Assembly: GCF_021054785.1 (NCBI RefSeq)
Contig: NZ_CP088239.1
Location: 2,160,001 to 2,192,000 of the forward strand
DNA from: Tannockella kyphosi
GTDB taxonomy: Bacteria; Bacillota_I; Bacilli_A; Erysipelotrichales; Coprobacillaceae
Length of the DNA: 32,000 bases
Direction: 5' to 3'
Below, piece after piece: positions 1 to 8,126 of the stretch. Below the pieces are notes generated by a model. The model was not told the origin of the DNA. It saw nothing but the letters and a program-made list of their open reading frames with translations, and searched no databases. Position 1 is the first letter of the stretch. Each line of letters starts with the position of its first letter. The translations under genes and the position numbers were made by a program.

Positions 1-1208
1 CCATCATAAAAAGAATCTTTATCTACTAATTCTATGAAATTAGATTTAGGATTTGCTTTTTCTGTTTTACTTTTATTATCAAATGAAATACTTAATAGAT
101 GTTTTATTTCTTGGATATTTGCTTGACGTTTGTCTTGTTTTAATTGACGTATTTTAGGATTATATAGGGCAATGATACGTTTGGTTGTATTATCGATATC
201 GATGGTTCTTTCTTTATAATAGTAGCCATCTTTTATTTCTTCTAAACTAAGGAGGCTAACTGGTTCTTTAGAACCGTTTATAAACCATCCATTATAGTTT
301 TCTATCCATTGAATGATAGCAGTAGGTAAGTCTTTTATAGCTTGGATTGTAATGGTTTTTTTTGGTTTGTCTTTTAAAGCATTGATTGTTTCACTAGGAA
401 AGAGTGAATCTTGGGTTACAACGAGTTTGGCATCTTTAAAATCTTCAATGATTTGACGGAATAGAGTACGGTTCATATGAATGTTTTGAGTAAAATAAGT
501 AATAGGTAGATGGTTTTCATCGACAAAATAATAAACATTGGATGTAGGATTAAATTCTTTATCGTATTTTCGAACACGATACCCTGGATCGTTTTCGAAA
601 ACATGATTAGTATGTAATAAGTGAATATGTTGATGATGAATAGAAAATAAGCGTTTGGATTGTTTGTATAAGAATAGTTCGATTTGATTTTTTTCTTTTG
701 TAATGATTTCTAAGGCTTGGTACATTTTTACAACATCAATAGAGAACTCTTCTAATAAAGAAGCTGATAAACGTTGATATGTTTGAGTAGATGTAGGATA
801 TAAGTAATGACAATAAATAAGTAGAGATAGAACAGTAGTAAGATCATAATCAAGCTGATAGTTTGATTGGATTTTTTGACATAATATATCTAGTTTAAGT
901 TCATAGAAAATAGATTGAATAAATAAATAACCACCATTATAATTACTATAATGATTTAATTCTAATTGTTTAGAAGGATAAGTAACAACTAAATCCTGCT
1001 TTTCTTGCTTTAATAACTCAGTACACACGGTTGCTTGGTCTTTCGCCCAGGCAACCAGTGCATCGTAGTCATTATTGAATTGGGGTAATAGTTGTTCAAC
1101 AGTACCTAATTTCTTATGAATTTTGGTAGTGCTCTTGCCATTTTTACGAAAAGATTCGATGATATAGATGTTTTTAGCGTTTTTAGAAGATACAATACTG
1201 ATTCTCAT
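1..1208 (-). CDS. IS1634-family-like DDE transposase; partial, 3' part runs off the window
   Basis: Absent from the ORF track because it is open to the window edge. Manual minus-strand translation from the ATG at 1208-1206 gives MRISIVSSKNAKNIYIIESFRKNGKSTTKIHKKLGTVEQL..., with no stop seen down to base 1 (about 400 codons). The N-terminal pattern (Y-x-I-ES-x-R-x-x-GK ... LG) matches my recollection of IS1634/IS4-type transposases. The later segment YYFVDENHLPITYF...AKLVVTQD resembles the DDE core region. Confidence 0.6.
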   Translation of the reverse strand, partial: MRISIVSSKNAKNIYIIESFRKNGKSTTKIHKKLGTVEQLLPQFNNDYDALVAWAKDQATVCTELLKQEKQDLVVTYPSKQLELNHYSNYNGGYLFIQSIFYELKLDILCQKIQSNYQLDYDLTTVLSLLIYCHYLYPTSTQTYQRLSASLLEEFSIDVVKMYQALEIITKEKNQIELFLYKQSKRLFSIHHQHIHLLHTNHVFENDPGYRVRKYDKEFNPTSNVYYFVDENHLPITYFTQNIHMNRTLFRQIIEDFKDAKLVVTQDSLFPSETINALKDKPKKTITIQAIKDLPTAIIQWIENYNGWFINGSKEPVSLLSLEEIKDGYYYKERTIDIDNTTKRIIALYNPKIRQLKQDKRQANIQEIKHLLSISFDNKSKTEKANPKSNFIELVDKDSFYD

Positions 1209-1296
1209 TGTGTTTACGAAAGAATAAGATATATTCTTAGCTCCTTTTTATGTATATATCTATTTTATCACCATTTACTACACATTACCACAAATA

Positions 1297-1498
1297 TTTA
1301 GTAAACTATTAGAAAAATATTACTAAAAAGGAAGAAATTATTTAGTAAAGTTGTCTAAATTTTAAGTAAATATGACTTAGAAAGAAGATGTAAATAGATA
1401 AAAATTTATAAAAAAAACACATTCACCCATAGTAATTACTAAAAATCCCAAAAATAGGATAGTTATTAAAAAATAATGTTAAATTAGTTTACTAAAAA
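1297..1498. repeat. Array of a 9-10 nt motif (TTACTAAAAA / reverse TTTAGTAAA) between the transposase 5' end and the mgl promoter
   Basis: Exact TTACTAAAAA occurs at 1320-1329, 1436-1445 and 1489-1498. The inverted core TTTAGTAAA occurs at 1297-1305 and 1341-1349. That is five copies in about 200 bp, in both orientations. Confidence 0.4.
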
Positions 1499-1525
1499 GT
1501 AGTAAAAAATAGAAAAATAGTTTTT

Positions 1526-1562
1526 ATGAAAGCCTTTACACAAAAAGAGTGCGTGATATAAT
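1526..1562 (+). promoter_or_regulatory. Predicted sigma-A promoter of the mgl operon with an overlapping cre-like site
   Basis: -35 TTTACA (1535-1540), 16-nt spacer, extended -10 TGATATAAT (TATAAT at 1557-1562). ATGAAAGCCTTTACA (1526-1540) fits the CcpA cre consensus WTGNAANCGNWNNCW except for the central G. Confidence 0.4.
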
Positions 1563-1595
1563 TACGGTATAGTGAATAATATGGAGGAGAAAAAT

Positions 1596-2570
1596 ATGAA
1601 AAAATTATTCAAAATTGCATTAACTGTTGCAATGGCATTCTCAATTGTAGGATGTAGTTCATCAGACTCAGAAGAAGAAGCAAAAACAGTTGGTATTTGT
1701 GTATACCAATTTGATGACAACTTCATGACAACTTATCGTACAGAATTAGAAGAAAAATTAACTGCTTTAGGGTATGAAGTAACTGTAGTAGACGGAAGTA
1801 ATGACCAATCTACTCAATCAGAACAAATTGATACTTTTATTGCTCAAGGTGTTGATGCTTTAATCATCAATCCTGTTATGACTTCTGCAGCATCAGAAAT
1901 CGTTGCTAAAGTTCAAGAAGCTGACATTCCAACTGTTTTAATTAACCGTGAACCAGAAGCTGATACTTATGCAGATTATGATAAAACCGCTTATGTAGGT
2001 TGTGATGCATCTCAATCTGGTACTTTCGAAGGAGAAATCATCTTAAATACTGCTACTAGCGGAGATATCAATGGAGATGGTGTTATTTCTTATATTATGT
2101 TAATTGGAGATCCAGAAAACTCTGACTCTACTTTAAGAACTGAATATTCAGTAAAAGCTTTAACTGATGCTGGATGGGAAGTAGAATGTTTATATGAATG
2201 GCAATGTGACTGGGATCAAACAAAAGGTCAAGAAGCTACTGCGAATGCTTTAACTCAATATGGAGATGAAATTGAAGTAGTATTCTCTAATAATGACTCT
2301 ATGGCTTTAGGAGCTATTGAAGCTATCCAAGCTGCTGGACGTACAGTTGGTGAAGATATCTATATCGTAGGTGTTGATGCATTAGATGATGCATTAGATA
2401 AAATGAATGATGGATTAATGACTGGTACAGTATTAAATGATGCTGATACTCAATCAGATATGTGTATTGAAGTATTAGAATTATTATTAGCTGGTGAAAG
2501 TGTTGAAAAACTTTACTATTGTGACTACACTATGGTTACAACTGATAACATCGCTGACTATATTGACTAA
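1596..2570 (+). CDS. mglB: Galactose/glucose ABC transporter substrate-binding lipoprotein (MglB-like)
   Basis: ORF 1572-2570. The preferred start is the ATG at 1596, 8 nt after GGAGGA. Lipoprotein signal MKKLFKIALTVAMAFSIVGC. Motifs VYQFDDNFM, SNDQSTQSEQID, VFSNNDSMALGA and GVDAL...GTVLNDA align by eye with E. coli MglB. Confidence 0.85.
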   Translation: MKKLFKIALTVAMAFSIVGCSSSDSEEEAKTVGICVYQFDDNFMTTYRTELEEKLTALGYEVTVVDGSNDQSTQSEQIDTFIAQGVDALIINPVMTSAASEIVAKVQEADIPTVLINREPEADTYADYDKTAYVGCDASQSGTFEGEIILNTATSGDINGDGVISYIMLIGDPENSDSTLRTEYSVKALTDAGWEVECLYEWQCDWDQTKGQEATANALTQYGDEIEVVFSNNDSMALGAIEAIQAAGRTVGEDIYIVGVDALDDALDKMNDGLMTGTVLNDADTQSDMCIEVLELLLAGESVEKLYYCDYTMVTTDNIADYID

Positions 2571-2592
2571 TCAAAACAAATAAATAATATGT

Positions 2593-2619
2593 GAAGGGTG
2601 GGCTGTATACCCACCCTTC
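2593..2619 (+). terminator. Intercistronic GC-rich stem-loop after mglB (partial terminator or mRNA stabiliser)
   Basis: GAAGGGTGGG (2593-2602), loop CTGTATA, CCCACCCTTC (2610-2619): a perfect 10-bp stem with no clear T-tract. This is typical of binding-protein/ATPase junctions in ABC operons. Confidence 0.5.
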
Positions 2620-2738
2620 TACATGTTAAAAATAGGTGTTTATATAACATCAAGTGTATAAAATAAAGGTTTATTTACTTGATGTTGTAGTAAATGCTAT
2701 AATATAACAATAGTAAAAGTATAAAGGGAGGATTGCTT

Positions 2739-4247
2739 ATGTCTGAATATCGTTTAGAACTAAAAGGCGTTGTTAAAACATTCCCTGGTGTTAGAGCTTT
2801 AGATGGGGTAAATCTGAATCTGAGACCAGGAACTGTGCACTCATTAATGGGTGAAAACGGTGCAGGGAAAAGTACATTAATGAAATGTATGTTCGGTATT
2901 TACAAAATGAATGAAGGTGAAATGTATTTTGAAGGGGAAAAGGTAGTTATTAATGACCCATTAGATGCATTAAACCGAGGGATTGTAATGGTGCATCAAG
3001 AGTTACAACCAATACCTGCAAGAAGTATTGCAGAAAATATTTTCACAGGTCGTTATCCGACAAAAAAAGCAGGGCCATTGAAAGTGATTGATCATGAAAA
3101 AATGAATGAATTAGCTGCAAAGGCACTAAAAGAAGTAGGATTAGATTATGATGAAAAAGCGTTGCTTGGAACATTGAGTGTATCTCAAATGCAGTTAGTA
3201 GAAATTGCAAAAGCAGTAAGTGTTGATTGTAAGATATTAATCTTAGATGAACCAACATCATCATTAACTTCTAGAGAGGTTGATAAATTATTTGATATTA
3301 TTAACTTACTTCGTGATAGAGGTGTATCAATTGTTTACATTTCTCATAAAATGGATGAAATTTTAAAAATTTCAGATGAAGTTACGATCATGCGTGATGG
3401 TAAATATATTGGAACATATGATGCAAAAGGATTAGAAATTGACTTTATTATTACAAAAATGGTTGGTCGTGAATTAACGGACCTATATCCAAAAAGAGAA
3501 AATGTACCTGGAGAAGTTGTATTTGAAGTAAAAGACTTTACTTCTATTAATCCAAAAAGCTTTAGAGATGTTTGCTTTGATGTAAAAAAAGGTGAAATCT
3601 TAGGAGTTGGTGGATTAGTTGGAGCTCAACGTACAGAATTAATGGAAGGTTTATTTGGGTTACGTTGCCATTCTAAAGGAAATATTAGATATAATGGAGA
3701 ACAAATCAAAATAAATAGACCTAGAGATGCAATCCAATCAGGAATTGCGATGTTAACAGAAGACAGACGTGCTACTGGTATTATGGGTGTGTTATCTATT
3801 TCTGATAATGTTGCGATTGCATCATTAGATAAATACTTAAATGCAGGTATTGTATTAGATGATAAGAAAATCGAACAATTAGTAGATGAGAATGTTGCAA
3901 AATTATCAATTAAAACACCATCTAATAAAACGCTAATTCAAACATTATCTGGTGGGAATCAACAAAAAGTATTAATTTCTAGATGGTTAGCAAATGATCC
4001 AGATATCTTTATCTTAGATGAACCAACTAGAGGTATTGATGTTGGTGCTAAATATGAAATTTACTGTATTATTGCAGAACTTGCAAAACAAGGAAAAAGC
4101 GTTATCTTAATCTCATCTGAAATGAGTGAGTTAATTGGTATGTCGGATCGTATCATGGTTATGTGTGACGGTAGAGTTACAGGTGTAATTGATGGAAAAG
4201 ATGCAAACCAAGAAAATATTATGGAATTGGCAACAAGTTTTGCTTAA
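2739..4247 (+). CDS. mglA: Galactose/methyl-galactoside ABC transporter ATP-binding protein with two ABC domains
   Basis: ORF 2733-4247. The ATG at 2739 lies 7 nt after AAGGGAGG. Two Walker A/signature sets are present (GENGAGKST ... LSVSQMQ ... ILDEPTS; a second half with LSGGNQQK ... ILDEPTRGIDV). Near-collinear by eye with E. coli MglA. Confidence 0.9.
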   Translation: MSEYRLELKGVVKTFPGVRALDGVNLNLRPGTVHSLMGENGAGKSTLMKCMFGIYKMNEGEMYFEGEKVVINDPLDALNRGIVMVHQELQPIPARSIAENIFTGRYPTKKAGPLKVIDHEKMNELAAKALKEVGLDYDEKALLGTLSVSQMQLVEIAKAVSVDCKILILDEPTSSLTSREVDKLFDIINLLRDRGVSIVYISHKMDEILKISDEVTIMRDGKYIGTYDAKGLEIDFIITKMVGRELTDLYPKRENVPGEVVFEVKDFTSINPKSFRDVCFDVKKGEILGVGGLVGAQRTELMEGLFGLRCHSKGNIRYNGEQIKINRPRDAIQSGIAMLTEDRRATGIMGVLSISDNVAIASLDKYLNAGIVLDDKKIEQLVDENVAKLSIKTPSNKTLIQTLSGGNQQKVLISRWLANDPDIFILDEPTRGIDVGAKYEIYCIIAELAKQGKSVILISSEMSELIGMSDRIMVMCDGRVTGVIDGKDANQENIMELATSFA

Positions 4248-4261
4248 GGGAGGATATAAAA

Positions 4262-5263
4262 ATGGAAATGACAAAAAAGAAAATTGATACAAATTATATT
4301 AAAGATTTTTTTGAAAAAAATTCAATTTTAATTTTAATTATTATCATGGCTCTATACGTAGGGTTTACACAAAAGAACTTCTTTTCAATCAGTAATGCAA
4401 AGAACTTAGCTTCTAATACATCAGTTCGTTTCATTATTGCTTGTGGGGTTTCTGGATGTTTAATTACAAGAGGTACTGACTTATCAGCTGGGCGTATGGT
4501 TGGTTTCTCTGCATGTATCTGTGCAACATTATTACAAAAAACAGACTATGCATCTAAATTTTTCCCAGGTTTAGGAGATATTCCTGTAATCGGTGGTTTA
4601 TTATGTGCAATCATTGTCTGTGCATTCTTTGGTGCAATAAGTGGTTTGATTATCGCATTCTTGAAAGTACCACCATTTATTACAACATTAGGTATGCAAA
4701 CATTTATTTATGGTATTTGTAGTGTATATACTGGATCTCAACCATTAGGTGGATTTAAATCAACATTTACTGGAGCAGCAACAGGTAGTTTGTTTGGTGT
4801 ACCGTACTTGGTAATTTATGCATTAGTTATTGGGGCACTAATGTGGTTCTTATATAATAAAACTCGTCATGGTAAATATATGTACGCTATTGGTGGTAAC
4901 GAACATGCAGCAGAAGTTGCAGGTATCAACGTAGCAAAAGTTCAAGTTAAAATTTATGCTTTAGCAGCTTGTTTATATGCTATTGCTGGGTTCTTAGTAG
5001 CAGCTAAATCTGGTGGTGCTTCAGTAGCAACTGGGTTAGGTTACGAATTGGAAGCTATCGCAGCATGTACTATCGGTGGTGTATCTACTAACGGTGGTGT
5101 TGGTAAAGTATCTGGTATCTTAATTGGGGTATTAGTATTTGAAACATTAAAAATCTGTTTACAATTCTTAGGAGTTGACCCTGCTTATACTTATGTAGCT
5201 CAAGGTTTAGTTATCGTAGTCGCTGTAGCATTAGACTTACGTAAATATATAGCTAAGAAATAG
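4262..5263 (+). CDS. mglC: Galactoside ABC transporter permease (MglC / BPD_transp_2 type)
   Basis: 333-aa polytopic membrane protein directly after mglA with an RBS GGGAGG. Contains the TDLSAGR and YAIGGNEHAAEVAGINV motifs typical of the MglC/RbsC family. Confidence 0.85.
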   Translation: MEMTKKKIDTNYIKDFFEKNSILILIIIMALYVGFTQKNFFSISNAKNLASNTSVRFIIACGVSGCLITRGTDLSAGRMVGFSACICATLLQKTDYASKFFPGLGDIPVIGGLLCAIIVCAFFGAISGLIIAFLKVPPFITTLGMQTFIYGICSVYTGSQPLGGFKSTFTGAATGSLFGVPYLVIYALVIGALMWFLYNKTRHGKYMYAIGGNEHAAEVAGINVAKVQVKIYALAACLYAIAGFLVAAKSGGASVATGLGYELEAIAACTIGGVSTNGGVGKVSGILIGVLVFETLKICLQFLGVDPAYTYVAQGLVIVVAVALDLRKYIAKK

Positions 5264-5268
5264 AAAGC

Positions 5269-5481
5269 ATGGAAGACAACAAAGAAGTACAAACAAAAAT
5301 GACTGATTTAGAAGCTGTTGAAATATTAAAAGAACAACGTATAAATCAAAAAGAACTAATGTACGATAAGATTCCTGAAAAGAATAGACCTATCATTATA
5401 AAGGTACTAAATGCAATTATATTATTTGGAATATTAATATTTGCAGGAATTATTATTGGAGCAATGGCAGGATTTTTATAA
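5269..5481 (+). CDS. Small C-terminally membrane-anchored protein of unknown function
   Basis: 70-aa ORF starting 5 nt after the mglC stop and sharing the operon terminator. It has a charged N-terminal half and one C-terminal TM helix (IIIKVLNAIILFGILIFAGIIIGAMAGFL). The RBS is weak. Confidence 0.4.
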   Translation: MEDNKEVQTKMTDLEAVEILKEQRINQKELMYDKIPEKNRPIIIKVLNAIILFGILIFAGIIIGAMAGFL

Positions 5482-5487
5482 GCAAAG

Positions 5488-5521
5488 AAAAGCATTTCAC
5501 TAAAATAGTGAAATGCTTTTT
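5488..5521 (+). terminator. Rho-independent terminator of the mgl operon
   Basis: AAAAGCATTTCAC (5488-5500), loop TAAAATA, GTGAAATGCTTTT (5508-5520), followed by T. Confidence 0.75.
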
Positions 5522-5835
5522 AAATACGCTATTGAGCAAAACAGATTGTTTGTGGATCTTCGGCTATCGATAGCCGATTTCCAAAATTACAAAGAATGGT
5601 ATTGTTAAAACAAACTTCGTTGGCTATCATACGAATACAGGGAATCAGCATGATATTATGTTATTATCAGAGTCTGATATAGATTGTAGTATCTACAATC
5701 TAACCAGTATAGACGTATGACTAGTTTGTTTATAAAAGATTCTCTGCGAAATCTGATTATTGATTCTACTATTATATATAAATAAGTTTAATAAAAAGTA
5801 CGACAATATCAAATATATATTATTATCATAAATAA

Positions 5836-5875
5836 TTTGTGAATATTTCACAAATATTTTGACATAATATATAAT
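5836..5875 (+). promoter_or_regulatory. Predicted promoter with a palindromic operator upstream of the orphan ATPase
   Basis: Palindrome TTTGTGAA-TAT-TTCACAAA (5836-5854). -35 TTCACA (5847-5852) lies inside the right arm, followed by a 17-nt spacer and -10 TATAAT (5870-5875). Confidence 0.4.
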
Positions 5876-5896
5876 ATAGAAAAGGGAGTGATGAAA

Positions 5897-7090
5897 ATGT
5901 TAGTACAATTTATTGTTAGAAATTATCTATCATTTAAAGAGGAAGCTATTTTGGATATGTGTGCGATAAGTTCTTATAAAGAACATGAGTATAACTTGAT
6001 AGATGTTGGAATGAAGGAAAATTTCTTAAAAGTTGCTACTATTTATGGTGCGAATGCAAGTGGAAAGTCAAATTTACTTTTTGCAATGAATGCTTTTCAT
6101 CAAATCATTAAAGAATCTTTAAACAATTCAGATAATGATGAGATTATTATAAAGAAATTATATAATCCTTTTAAGTTTGCAAATGAAAAGGATAATACAG
6201 AATTTCAAGTAATTCAAATTTTAGATGATTTTGAATTTAATTATGGATTCGAATATAATGATGAGGAAATTGTAAGCGAATGGTTGTATATTAAAAATAT
6301 AGCTACTAATCGAACAAAAATGATATTTGAAAGAGAGCGCAGTAAAATAACGTTTGGGGCCAGTGTAAAAAAAGAATGTGATATTTATAAAGAACAGCTT
6401 CCTAAAGAAACGTTAGTTTTATCATGGTTTAATAAATTAAGATTAAAAACAAAAGTGTTTGATGATGTTTATGAAGCAATATTAAATACAACTGTTATCA
6501 CATCTGATGCATATGAATCACCAAGTTTTTTGAATAATTTTTTAAAACCAATTATAGATAAAGAAAAAGAAAAACTTTTATCTTTTTTAGTAGCAATTGA
6601 TAGTGGTATTAAGGATATCTTTTATATGGAAAAAGATGGTGAACTCGAATATTATACTGGGCATATAGGAAGTAATGGAGAAAAATACACATTGAATCTC
6701 TTTCATGAATCACAAGGTACTTTAAAAAGTATTTCAATTTTTATCCATTCATGTCTTGCGATTAAGACAGGACTAGCAATAGTAGTTGATGAGATGAATG
6801 CAAAGCTACATCCATTATTACTCAAGTTTATTGTTGATCTTTTTAATAATCAACAAAACAAGCAAGCACAATTAATATACACAACACATGATACAACGCT
6901 ATTAGATAAACGTTTTTTTAGGAGGGATCAAATCTGGTTTGTAGAGAAAGATGAATTTGGATACTCTAAACTGATTGCATTATCGAATTTTAAAGTTAGA
7001 AATGATGCATCTTTTGAAAAAGATTATTTAAGTGGTGTTTATGGAGGGATTCCGTTTATCAAAGACTTTGATTTGAAAGTTGCTGAATAA
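5897..7090 (+). CDS. ABC-type (AAA_21-like) ATPase; orphan paralogue of the ATPase at 14316-15662
   Basis: ORF 5888-7090. The start ATG at 5897 is preferred: it lies 8 nt after AGGGAG, and its N-terminus MLVQFIVRNYLSF parallels MLIKLSVSNFLSF in the paralogue. Walker A YGANASGKSN, signature-like ESQGTLKS, Walker B IVVDEMNAKLHP, H-loop TTHDT. The C-terminus RRDQIWFVEKD...DYLSGVYGGIPFIKDF matches the paralogue. Confidence 0.75.
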   Translation: MLVQFIVRNYLSFKEEAILDMCAISSYKEHEYNLIDVGMKENFLKVATIYGANASGKSNLLFAMNAFHQIIKESLNNSDNDEIIIKKLYNPFKFANEKDNTEFQVIQILDDFEFNYGFEYNDEEIVSEWLYIKNIATNRTKMIFERERSKITFGASVKKECDIYKEQLPKETLVLSWFNKLRLKTKVFDDVYEAILNTTVITSDAYESPSFLNNFLKPIIDKEKEKLLSFLVAIDSGIKDIFYMEKDGELEYYTGHIGSNGEKYTLNLFHESQGTLKSISIFIHSCLAIKTGLAIVVDEMNAKLHPLLLKFIVDLFNNQQNKQAQLIYTTHDTTLLDKRFFRRDQIWFVEKDEFGYSKLIALSNFKVRNDASFEKDYLSGVYGGIPFIKDFDLKVAE

Positions 7091-7195
7091 ATGTGAAGTG
7101 ACTGTTAAATTCAAACCTGGAAGAAATGTATCTTCGAAAAAAGAAATGGCACTAGGTATCTGATAGTTATACCCTGCATAGGCAAATACCTTTAA
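7091..7195 (+). pseudogene. Possible decayed N-terminus of an RloB-like partner gene
   Basis: An ATG sits immediately after the ATPase stop, where the partner starts in the intact pair, but it is followed directly by TGA. The same frame reads M*SDC*IQTWKKCIFEKRNGTRYLIVIPCIGKYL*. Compare MAPLKTYSNWFVRS...KSYYIICEGQNTEKWYF in the intact RloB-like gene. The stretch is very short and degenerate. Confidence 0.3.
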
Positions 7196-7408
7196 TTAAT
7201 GTATTAATAGTTCTTTAATCATTTCATAATATGTGTCAGATAGAGAAGTATTATTATAGTGAGGTAACTATTTAAATCCATTATTGAGAAAATCATAATG
7301 ACAGAAGTAGCAGTTATAGTTTATTTTTATCTTAAAATCCTTCTAAATGCACTGTAATATTATACTATCTTCTTATGCGTTTTTATGTTGGAACTTATGT
7401 ATAATTTA

Positions 7409-7437
7409 TTGAAAATAATAAAGAAATTCATTATAAT
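7409..7437 (+). promoter_or_regulatory. Predicted sigma-A promoter for darTG
   Basis: TTGAAA (7409-7414), 17-nt spacer, TATAAT (7432-7437), about 50 nt upstream of the darT RBS AGGAGG. Confidence 0.45.
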
Positions 7438-7485
7438 ATGTATATAATTAATGATAAGACAGTTTAATAAAATAGGAGGATAAAG

Positions 7486-8106
7486 ATGGATCCAGTATCA
7501 TATGAGTATAAAATGATAGAATTTTTATATAATATTAATGATTTGAGGAATCTTGAAAGTATTTTTATGTATGGTTTACTATCTAAAAATTCCTTAATAA
7601 ATTTAGGTATTGCAACACCTATAGATTTATCTGATCATGAGGTTCAAAAAATAAGAGAAACTAAAAAAGTTCCAAATCATGCATATCTTCATGATTATGC
7701 TAACTTGTATATAGATGCTCGAAACCCAATGATGTATCGCATAAGTAGAAATAGGAATATTGATGATGTATGTGTTATATGTGTTGATAAGAAGGTATTA
7801 GACATAGAGGGGACTATAGTATCTGATAGGAATGCAGCAGCTGAAATCGCTCTTTTTGACGCTCCCAAGGAAGCTCTTAAGCATCTTGATTTCCCTTTGA
7901 TTCTAGCAAAATATTGGAAAGATGACGATTATCTTATTGAAATAGAAAAAAAGTCAAAAAAATGTGCAGAAGTCCTAGTATATAACAGTGTTCCAATTCA
8001 ATATCTTGTTAAGATAAAAGTCGCGACCAAACAAGCAAAATCTTTAGTTGAAGAATTCTCGTTAGGTGTTCCAATAGAAATAGATAAAAACATTTTTTTC
8101 CAATAA
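7486..8106 (+). CDS. darT: DarT-like ssDNA ADP-ribosyltransferase toxin (DUF4433 family)
   Basis: 206 aa. Segments LHDYANLYIDARNPMMY, IVSDRNAA, YWKDDD...KKCAEVLVY align by eye with LHDYVPFYFCPRSPMLY, FTDRHG, YWADP...KQAEFLVY of Thermus DarT as I recall it. It lies directly upstream of a macrodomain gene. Confidence 0.8.
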   Translation: MDPVSYEYKMIEFLYNINDLRNLESIFMYGLLSKNSLINLGIATPIDLSDHEVQKIRETKKVPNHAYLHDYANLYIDARNPMMYRISRNRNIDDVCVICVDKKVLDIEGTIVSDRNAAAEIALFDAPKEALKHLDFPLILAKYWKDDDYLIEIEKKSKKCAEVLVYNSVPIQYLVKIKVATKQAKSLVEEFSLGVPIEIDKNIFFQ

Positions 8107-8126
8107 AATAAAGGGGGACTAGAAGA

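Noticed and set aside
1116-1301. 61-aa plus-strand ORF from the track
   Set aside because: It lies antisense to the N-terminal coding region of the IS1634-like transposase, has no RBS, and its sequence is low-complexity. It is most likely a by-product of the AT-rich antisense strand.
3043-3264. 73-aa minus-strand ORF inside mglA
   Set aside because: It is fully embedded antisense in a gene with strong, collinear MglA similarity. Its leucine/histidine-rich composition is typical of antisense artefacts.
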